From positions 27-64,026 of the forward strand of contig JBGSWI010000009.1 of the NCBI GenBank assembly GCA_041752515.1: a stretch of 64,000 nt of DNA. Reading direction: 5' to 3'. Source of the DNA: Leptolyngbyaceae cyanobacterium. GTDB taxonomy: Bacteria > Cyanobacteriota > Cyanobacteriia > Leptolyngbyales > Leptolyngbyaceae. Of the stretch, positions 26,125 through 33,775 are shown piece after piece (the first letter of the stretch is position 1; each line of letters starts with the position of its first letter). Below the pieces are notes generated by a model. That model saw nothing but the letters and a program-made list of their open reading frames with translations. It was not told where the DNA came from and ran no database searches. The translations under genes and the position numbers were made by a program.

Positions 26125-27615
26125 TTAGCCGTTTAGTTTTTTGCTAACCAATTGATTGGTCAACTTAGGATCAGCGCGACCGCCCGTTTTTTTCATCACT
26201 TGACCGACAAAAAAGCCTAATAGCTTAGTTTTGCCTCCTCGATACTGTTCCAACTCTTTTGGATTTTCGATCAACACTTCGTCGATTGCGGTTTCCAGTG
26301 CGCCCGTATCTGAAATTTGCCCTAAACCATCCCGTTCTACGATCGCTTTTGCAGACCCGCCTTGAGTCAGCAGTTCTTGCAAAATATTTTTGGCAGCCGA
26401 ATTGCTGATGGTGCGGTCTTCAATTAGCCCAATCAATTCTGCCAAACTGGCTGGCTTCAGGGGCAACTCACCCATGCTGAGGTCGGTATTATTGTTTAGA
26501 TAGGCACTCAGGTCGCCCATAATCCAGTTTGCCGCCAGTTTTGCAGAAGCCCCTGCCGCGATCGCGGCTTCAAAGTATTCCATCGTGGCACGGTCATTGG
26601 TCAACACGCGGGCATCATAAACCGATAAGCCCAGGTCAGCGGTATATCGCTGACGTTTTTGAGCAGGCAATTCAGGCAGTTGCGATCTCCAATCGGCTAA
26701 TTGGGCGGCAGAGACTTCGATCGGTCCCAAATCGGGTTCTGGGAAATAGCGATAGTCGCTAGACCCTTCCTTTTTTCGCATACTAATGGTGCGCTGAGCG
26801 CCTTCCTCCCACAGCCGCGTCTCTTGCACCAGTGGTTCACCCGCTTCAACCGCTGCAATCTGCCGATCAATTTCATATTCGATCGCCCGCTGAATGGCAC
26901 TGAAGGAGTTCATATTTTTGATCTCCACCTTCGTGCCAAACTCTTTTTGCCCCACCGGACGCACCGAAATATTCACATCACAGCGGAGTGAGCCTTCTTG
27001 CATATTGCCGTCGCCAACGCCGAGATAGCGAACAATCCGACGAATTTCTTGGGCATATTCAGCGGCTTCTTGCCCCGTGCGAATGTCCGGCTCAGACACA
27101 ATTTCCATTAGCGGCACCCCCGCCCGGTTATAGTCCACCAGCGAGTAGGTAGACCCTGAAAGCCTTTCGCCGCCGCCATGCACCAGTTTTCCTGCGTCTT
27201 CTTCCATATGCAAGCGGGTTACGCCAATCCGCTTGTAGGTGGCAGTTCCCGTTTCTTTGTCATAAAGTTCAATGGTCAAAAAGCCGTGTTCTGCGATCGG
27301 CAGATCAAACTGAGAAATTTGGTAGTTCTTCGGTAGATCGGGGTAAAAATACTGCTTGCGATCGAACTTGCTGTAGGGTGCAATTTCACAGTTCAAAGCA
27401 AGCCCCATCTTCACCGAGGATTCCAACACCGCCTGATTCAAAACAGGCAAGGTTCCGGGTAAACCCATACAAACGGGATCGATCAACGTATTAGGCGGTT
27501 TGCCAAACTTAGTCGAACTGGGAGAGAAAATTTTGGTATTTGTATTCAGTTGGCAGTGAGTTTCCAACCCAATCACTGCTTCATACTGCGTTTTTGTGGG
27601 AGCCGATGCGGTCAT
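26125..27615 (-). CDS. gatB: Asp/Glu-tRNA amidotransferase subunit B
   Basis: YEAVIGLETHCQL, DRKQYFYPDLPKNYQISQ, HMEEDAGK, RCDVNISVR, DYRYFPEPDL. Confidence 0.98.
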   Translation of the reverse strand: MTASAPTKTQYEAVIGLETHCQLNTNTKIFSPSSTKFGKPPNTLIDPVCMGLPGTLPVLNQAVLESSVKMGLALNCEIAPYSKFDRKQYFYPDLPKNYQISQFDLPIAEHGFLTIELYDKETGTATYKRIGVTRLHMEEDAGKLVHGGGERLSGSTYSLVDYNRAGVPLMEIVSEPDIRTGQEAAEYAQEIRRIVRYLGVGDGNMQEGSLRCDVNISVRPVGQKEFGTKVEIKNMNSFSAIQRAIEYEIDRQIAAVEAGEPLVQETRLWEEGAQRTISMRKKEGSSDYRYFPEPDLGPIEVSAAQLADWRSQLPELPAQKRQRYTADLGLSVYDARVLTNDRATMEYFEAAIAAGASAKLAANWIMGDLSAYLNNNTDLSMGELPLKPASLAELIGLIEDRTISNSAAKNILQELLTQGGSAKAIVERDGLGQISDTGALETAIDEVLIENPKELEQYRGGKTKLLGFFVGQVMKKTGGRADPKLTNQLVSKKLNG

Positions 27616-27714
27616 GGAAACTTTCTTGCACAACAATAGTTTTCTATTTTAGCGGATGCAGCGGAGATCAAGAAAACGACTGAAGGCAAATCGGAGCCAG
27701 ATTGCAAAGCTACG

Positions 27715-27838
27715 CCAATTTGAAATTGAAACGCGACAGATGATCTCCTGGAAGCAGCAATATTTTTTGGCGTTGCAACTCAAAACTTAAAATATCTCCT
27801 GCGGAGACGCTACGCGAACAAAACTTAACACTTAAAAC
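27715..27838. repeat. composite dispersed repeat, copy 1
   Basis: CCAATTTGAAATTGAAACGCGACAGATGAT is identical to 43231-43260 and is followed by a heptamer array with ATCTCCT..GGAGACGCTACGCG. Confidence 0.85.
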
Positions 27839-27947
27839 GGTATTACGCACTTCCTGAACCCGTCAATGGTTATCCCCATTCGATAGGGGGCTGCGGCTGC
27901 GGTCACCCCGCGATCGCTCAGTCAGGCGATCGCAGCCGAAACCTAAA

Positions 27948-28282
27948 CTAACCCTTAACACAAACAACTTGCTTCAAGGTAGCCACCACCTCAACCAAGT
28001 CGGCTTGATTTGCCATTACTTCTTCGATTGGCTTATAGGCTCCGGGAATCTCATCTAAAACGCCCGAATCCTTGCGGCATTCCACCCCTGCGGTTTGTTG
28101 AATCAAGTCATCCACAGAGTAAACTCCTTTTGCCTTCGTGCGAGACATGAGCCGCCCGGCACCATGAGAACAAGAGCAATAGCTTTCAGCGCTGCCCTTC
28201 CCTTGAACAATATAAGACTTGGAACCCATAGAACCGGGAATAATGCCATAGTCTCCGACTTGGGCACGCACTGCGCCTTTAC
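27948..28282 (-). pseudogene. rtcB: RNA ligase RtcB, 3' fragment (~110 codons)
   Basis: KGAVRA..GDYGIIPGSMG, SCSHGAGR, DEIPGAYK, LKQVVCVKG. Confidence 0.9.
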
Positions 28283-29453
28283 AGCCTACGGCAAAATTGC
28301 CCAGCACCAATCTATTGACGAAGTGATCCGAACGGTTCAGTTCATTCGCAATAAATCAATTCGTTTATGGATGGATGGTCAAGCTAAATCTTGGGTCGAA
28401 CTCTCGCGGCATTGTGCTTTGTTGGCTAAAGAATTCTCGTTTGCAGGCAAGCTGAATTCAATGGCTAGACAAGCTGCTGCTGAACGGGCTTGGGCAGCTA
28501 TCTCTCGGTTCTTTGAGAACTGTAAAAAAGGATTGCCTGGTAAAAAGGGTTTTCCTCGGTTCCAAAAAGACTGCCGTTCAGTGGAATACAAAACCTCTGG
28601 CTGGAAATTAGCTGATGATCGTAAATCAATTACGTTCACCGACAAAAACGAAATCGGCAAGCTCAAGCTAAAAGGGACTCGTGACTTGCACTTCTACCAG
28701 CTTGACCAAATCAAACGGGTTAGGTTGGTGAAAAGAGCGGATGGGGTCTACGTTCAGTTTTGCGTTCAGATTGATCGCACTGAGCAGATTGAGCCATCAG
28801 GGAGTGCCGTGGGGCTAGATGTAGGCTTGAAAGAGTTCTACACCGATTCCAATGGTGAAATGGTTGAGAATCCTAGATTTCTCCGCAAGGGTGAACAGGT
28901 TCTTAAGCGTTCTCAAAGACGAGTTAGCCGCAAGGTTAAAGGTTCAATCAATCGTCGTAAAGCAAGACAGGTTCTAGGTAAACGCCATCTCAAAATAAGT
29001 AGGCAACGAAAAGATCACGCCGTTAAGCTGGCGCGTTCCGTCATCCGGTCAAACGACCTGGTAGCCTACGAAGACTTGAGAATTAAAAACATGGTGAAGA
29101 ATCATTGTCTTGCCAAATCGATTAACGACGCATCTTGGTATCACTTTCGAGTGTGGTTGGAATATTTTGGCAAAGTGTTTTCTAAGATCACTATTGCTGT
29201 TCCACCTCACTACACCAGCCAAGAATGCTCTAGCTGCGGTGTGATAGTGAAAAAGTCGCTTTCAGTTCGCACTCATATTTGTGAGTGTGGCTGTGAGTTA
29301 GATCGGGATCACAATGCAGCTAGAAATATCCTCAGTCGGGGATTGGGTACGACGGGGCACGTCGGAACCTTTGCACTTGATGCAAGTAACGCTTCAGGAG
29401 AATCGACCCCTACATTGGCTGGTGCAAACCTGTCTTTGCAAGTTGGCTCGTAG
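28278..29453 (+). CDS. tnpB: RNA-guided endonuclease TnpB, native N-terminus truncated by a few codons
   Basis: AYGK..Q..SIDEVIRTVQFIRN; RuvC-I GLDVGL, RuvC-II AYEDL, zinc ribbon CSSCG/CECG, RuvC-III DRDHNAARNI; frame stays open upstream to 28095. Confidence 0.9.
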   Translation, partial: FTAYGKIAQHQSIDEVIRTVQFIRNKSIRLWMDGQAKSWVELSRHCALLAKEFSFAGKLNSMARQAAAERAWAAISRFFENCKKGLPGKKGFPRFQKDCRSVEYKTSGWKLADDRKSITFTDKNEIGKLKLKGTRDLHFYQLDQIKRVRLVKRADGVYVQFCVQIDRTEQIEPSGSAVGLDVGLKEFYTDSNGEMVENPRFLRKGEQVLKRSQRRVSRKVKGSINRRKARQVLGKRHLKISRQRKDHAVKLARSVIRSNDLVAYEDLRIKNMVKNHCLAKSINDASWYHFRVWLEYFGKVFSKITIAVPPHYTSQECSSCGVIVKKSLSVRTHICECGCELDRDHNAARNILSRGLGTTGHVGTFALDASNASGESTPTLAGANLSLQVGS

Positions 29454-29492
29454 ATCGAAGAATCCCCGTCGCTTCAGCGCGGGGAGTGTCAA
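28278..29492 (+). mobile_element. IS200/IS605-family element remnant (tnpB plus right end; left end and tnpA not present)
   Basis: tnpB ORF followed by hairpin GAATCCCCGTCGCTTCAGCGCGGGGAG and terminal TGTCAA at 29487-29492 abutting rtcB sequence; no HIP1 sites. Confidence 0.9.
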
Positions 29493-29646
29493 CCAAATGA
29501 ACATCGGGCATTAACGCCACGTGCTTAAAAACGAAGGGCAGGGAGGCAACGTTTTTCGCCATTTTAATTTCTGGAGAACCCAACTCATGGTTTGCCCAAG
29601 ACAGCACAGGGGCAGTTGTGGAGATGGCTAGAGTTTCGTAGGGCAT
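29493..29646 (-). pseudogene. rtcB: RNA ligase RtcB, 5' fragment (51 codons)
   Basis: MPYE..VLSWANHEL..KMAKNVASLPFVFKHVALMPDVHL, cut exactly at the IS right end. Confidence 0.9.
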
Positions 29647-29741
29647 GGCGATCGCGCCTCCTTAAAACAAATAATTCTTGAATGATTAATCCTAAGCATA
29701 CTACGTATACTACAGAAATACTACGAATTGGTCAACTGTTT

Positions 29742-30614
29742 TTAGGTAAGGTTCCAGCGTCGTCGCCAACTGGAGGTGGATTCTCGCTGAGACTGCTGTT
29801 GCTCCTGGGTATGGCGTTGCAAAATGGTCTCGGCTGAATCGTTCAGGGTGAGATCGCGGTAGGCGATCGCGGCGCGGGTTTGTAAATGCTCTTCTTCTAG
29901 CTGAGACAGGGGATGAAGCGGGGGGTGCAAGCTGCCCACCGTCCCGTGAGACCAGTCATTTGGCTGATGAACCACTCCTAAGGGGATGGTGCCAATGGTT
30001 AAGCCTGCTTCTAACATTGCCGATCGCACAGAAGCAGAGCGGGAATAAGTCGCCAGTTTTCCACTGGGAGCCAGACATTGGGCAACTAGGGTGAAAAATT
30101 CTACCGTCCACAACTGCGGACAGCGATGCGGCGAGAATGGATCAAAGAAGATCGCATCTGCTTGAAAATCAGCTTGGCACACCTGCTGAATGGTTTGGCG
30201 CGCATCGCCGATTAACAGCGTGGCATTTAAATTTTCAGTGGTGTGCTGCTGCTGCTGAGCGATCGCTTTCAAAATCTCCTGTACTGGGAATGACCAGATG
30301 TTGATCAAAGGGGGAGCGATCGCGGCTTGGGGCACGCTCATATCTAGCTCCAGCGCATAGAGCGTCACCTGACAGCTAGAGTTCACCGCCCAGATCGCCT
30401 CTAAGGCAGCGGCAGTGTTGTACCCCAACCCGTAGCACACATCCAACAGGCAAATGGAGGATTGCTCTGCCTGAGTTGCCAAATCTGTTGCTTGAACAAA
30501 CTTAAGAAACGCCTCCTGTTTGGCACCCAAGCGACTGTGAAACGCTTCATTAAACGTTTTAGAGAAAAAGGTAAAAGAACCATCTTCTGTAAGTTGGGGA
30601 ATCCATTCGCTCAA
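29742..30614 (-). CDS. MnmC/MnmD-like SAM-dependent tRNA methyltransferase
   Basis: TEDGSFTFFS, LLDVCYGLGYN, IFFDPFSP..CPQLW, ATYS. Confidence 0.88.
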   Translation of the reverse strand: MSEWIPQLTEDGSFTFFSKTFNEAFHSRLGAKQEAFLKFVQATDLATQAEQSSICLLDVCYGLGYNTAAALEAIWAVNSSCQVTLYALELDMSVPQAAIAPPLINIWSFPVQEILKAIAQQQQHTTENLNATLLIGDARQTIQQVCQADFQADAIFFDPFSPHRCPQLWTVEFFTLVAQCLAPSGKLATYSRSASVRSAMLEAGLTIGTIPLGVVHQPNDWSHGTVGSLHPPLHPLSQLEEEHLQTRAAIAYRDLTLNDSAETILQRHTQEQQQSQRESTSSWRRRWNLT

Positions 30615-30636
30615 AATTGTCTGCTGTTCAAACTAC

Positions 30637-33363
30637 TTACTTTTCGGTCAATATCCACGAGCCATCCCAATCATCGGCAGGAGGATCTTGCAAACATTTT
30701 TGGCAGCGCTCCAGGTGCAGGCTAGCAGCTTTGTTACTTTTATCGAGGCTCAGAACGTGACCAAACGCTGCCATTGCCATAGGAAAATCTCGCTTTTTAA
30801 AGTGCTCCCGACCTTTGTGATAGTGATCGATGAGGCGCTGGCGCTCATCTGCGATCGGGTCTTCTTGGAAGCCCACGAGTTCATAGACTTCAACGGGTTG
30901 GTCTTTTCCTTTGACTCGAATGTAGTCTAGCTCCCTAGCGCGAATGCGACTCGCGCAGGGTTTGTAGGTGTTGCCACTGATGATAATATCGGTGCCATAA
31001 ATTTTACTGGCGCTTTCCAATCGAGATCCCAGGTTAACGCCATCCCCGATCGCGGTAAACTCCATGCGCTTACTAGAACCAATATTGCCGCTAATGATCG
31101 TATCTGAGTTGATGCCAATGCCAATCCGAAGAATGTCCTGATTCTTTTCAGTCCGTTTGACGTTAAAGGCTATCAGTCGCTGGCGCATTTCTAAAGCCGA
31201 TTGAACTGCCATCCACTCATGGTCATCTAAGGGCAACGGCGACCCAAACACTGCCATGATGGCATCCCCAATATATTTATCTAGAGTGCCTTTGAAGCCA
31301 AAAACAGCATCCACCATCGATTCAAAGTACTCATTGAGCATTTCGACCACTTGTTCTGCCTTGAGGTTTTCGGTGAGGCTGGTGTAGCTACGAATGTCGG
31401 AAAACAAGATGGAAACCGCTTTGCGATCGCCGCCCATTTTAGCAGCATCAGGATTTGCCATTAGCTGCTCAGCCAATTCTTGGGTCATGTAGCGATACAT
31501 GGTGGTTTTGAGCCGCTTTTCATCGCTAATGTCTTCCATGACGACCAGAATGCCAGAGGCTTTGGAACGGTCTTTCGCGTCGGTGATGGTGTTGATTGAC
31601 AAGTTAATGCTGTGCTCTTCCACCGAGTCGCCCATGCATTCTAGAGTTTGGTCAGGATAATACTGTTCGCGGCTCTTTTCATCTTTCGGTTCTAGGGCGT
31701 TGCCAATCCATTTATCAAAGTCACCTTTTTTGAGGCGAATCAGGGATTGAACATGGTTGCCTTCCAATAAAGTGCCTTCGTTTAAGCCTAATAGGTCTCT
31801 AGCGCTGTCGTTGGCGGTGATGATGGTGCCATTTTTATCGGTGGAAATGACTCCATTAGAGAGCGATCGCAAAATGTCTTTTTGCATTTGCTCTTGCTGT
31901 TTTACCGTTTCAAACAGTTTGGCATTTTGCAGCGCCACCCCCGCTTGAATGTTAAACGCTTGCATAAACTCTTGATCGCTCTGGTTAAAGCTAGCCTTCC
32001 AGCGATCGGGCGCTTCGGGGTAATTCACCGGGTCATACTCAGGGTAGTCGCCCTGTTTAAGTTTGTTGACCAGTTGGGTCACGCCAATCAAAGCCCCATC
32101 GCCATTAAACACTGGCATACACAACATACTGCACGTGCGATAGCCCGTTTTGGGATCAGTGTCTTTTGAGGTTTGAGAGTTGGGATGATTGTACAAATCA
32201 AACGGGATCAGCAGCGGTTCGCCGGTGGTGGCGACCTGACCCGCAAAACCGGCATCTCTAGGAATCCGCAGTTCCTTCAGTTCACCGCCAATGGGCACTT
32301 TCGTCCAAAGCTGCTGGCGCTCTTCGTCAATCAGCCAGAGAGTGCTGCGATCGGCTTGCATCAGTTCTTTTGCCTGATACATGACATTTTTCAAGGTTTC
32401 TTCTAGATCCAAGCTGCCCTTGCTCAGAGATTTCACGGCATTCATCAACGCTGACGCGGCTCGTTGCCGTTGAGTCGCCCGGTAGAAGGAACGCGAGGCT
32501 TCAATAATCAGCCGGATGGAAGGAGCAAATTCATCAAACACTTGCTCATCGTCATCGATAAAGCCTTGGCGATCAATTTTTTCCTCTAGGGTGCCGTGAA
32601 GCTCGAAGTTTGGCTTGAGCTTGTTGAGCAGTTGCACCACCGCCACCAACTTGCCGTCTTCGTTTAAAAGCGGCAATGCCAGCATTGTGTAAGTGCGGTA
32701 GTGATTCTTTTGGTCAAATTTTTTGGCAGCCTCGGAGCGGGGATCGTCATAAAAATCGTAGTCAATTTTGACTTTTGCTTTACTGCTTGCCACTTCGCCA
32801 GCAATGCCGACATTGGCAGGAATTCGTAGTTCTAAGTTGTTGCCTTGCTCGTCTTTTGCAACGATCGCCCAAAGCTCATGTTTCTCTTCATCTAGCAAAA
32901 AAATGGTGGTGCGATCGGCGTTCAGCAATTCCCCCGTTTTAAGGGTGATAGACCGCAACATATCGTCCAAAATGGCATCAAAGCCCTGAGCATCCATCAG
33001 ATTGTCTAGCAGCGAGAGCGTATTACTCATCACTTCTAGCTTTTGATGCACTCCACTGACTGCTTCTTTAAAGCCATCTTTGGTTAAGGGTGCAAGGTAG
33101 GCTCCAAAGTTTCCTTGACGAGTTGCCAAAGCTCCAGCTTGAGGCTGAGCGATCTGCCCATTCTGAGAAGACGTTGGATGAAGAACTGTCGGTTCTGCGG
33201 CAATAGCAACTTCGATCGCTTCGCTGGTCGGATCGACCACTGGTTGTGAATTCTCTTCAACGATATTTTCCGCTTCAAGGGTTACAACGGTCGCTTCAAT
33301 AGCCAAATCTTTAGCGCTATCTTGCTGGATTTTCTTCGATAGATGCTGTGGTGAAGGGGTCAT
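30637..33363 (-). CDS. cyaB: class III adenylate cyclase, GAF-GAF-PAS-CHD (CyaB-type)
   Basis: two GAF domains with NK...F...D[E/Q] motifs, a PAS domain, catalytic SDIRSYT, DKYIGDAIM, FTAIGDGVNLGSRLE (Lys/Thr ATP specificity). Confidence 0.93.
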   Translation of the reverse strand: MTPSPQHLSKKIQQDSAKDLAIEATVVTLEAENIVEENSQPVVDPTSEAIEVAIAAEPTVLHPTSSQNGQIAQPQAGALATRQGNFGAYLAPLTKDGFKEAVSGVHQKLEVMSNTLSLLDNLMDAQGFDAILDDMLRSITLKTGELLNADRTTIFLLDEEKHELWAIVAKDEQGNNLELRIPANVGIAGEVASSKAKVKIDYDFYDDPRSEAAKKFDQKNHYRTYTMLALPLLNEDGKLVAVVQLLNKLKPNFELHGTLEEKIDRQGFIDDDEQVFDEFAPSIRLIIEASRSFYRATQRQRAASALMNAVKSLSKGSLDLEETLKNVMYQAKELMQADRSTLWLIDEERQQLWTKVPIGGELKELRIPRDAGFAGQVATTGEPLLIPFDLYNHPNSQTSKDTDPKTGYRTCSMLCMPVFNGDGALIGVTQLVNKLKQGDYPEYDPVNYPEAPDRWKASFNQSDQEFMQAFNIQAGVALQNAKLFETVKQQEQMQKDILRSLSNGVISTDKNGTIITANDSARDLLGLNEGTLLEGNHVQSLIRLKKGDFDKWIGNALEPKDEKSREQYYPDQTLECMGDSVEEHSINLSINTITDAKDRSKASGILVVMEDISDEKRLKTTMYRYMTQELAEQLMANPDAAKMGGDRKAVSILFSDIRSYTSLTENLKAEQVVEMLNEYFESMVDAVFGFKGTLDKYIGDAIMAVFGSPLPLDDHEWMAVQSALEMRQRLIAFNVKRTEKNQDILRIGIGINSDTIISGNIGSSKRMEFTAIGDGVNLGSRLESASKIYGTDIIISGNTYKPCASRIRARELDYIRVKGKDQPVEVYELVGFQEDPIADERQRLIDHYHKGREHFKKRDFPMAMAAFGHVLSLDKSNKAASLHLERCQKCLQDPPADDWDGSWILTEK

Positions 33364-33775
33364 AATTCAGTCGAAGGGATTGAATATTAGAACATTGCAA
33401 TGAATAATCTAGGGGCGGCGATCGCTGGCACTTTTAATTTGCCCCAGCTAACTTACTTTAACTGTGTTTGCAGACTAACAGCTAAGTAGCCCTGACTAAA
33501 AATGGCACTCCGATCAAGGGAAATAGATTCCGACACATTGTCCATGCTCTTATTTTTTACCATTATTAAGTCTGATCCAAGGTTGCTTTGTCAGCATTCC
33601 CAAATACAAATTAAGCAGCCCAAGAGACTGTAACTTTTTGCTTATTTTGTCAAATAACTTCCTAATCGGAATCCCACAAACAGGTGGTAGGTATTCAATG
33701 GCAGCGGTCAGATGTTAGATCGGATGAGGTTCATCGGGGCGCATTCATTGAAATAGCGGCAAGCAATTTTTTAGC

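Noticed and set aside
27948-28310. 120-aa ORF as an intact small gene (also 29410-29646)
   Set aside because: These are the two halves of the disrupted rtcB with junction-derived extra residues.
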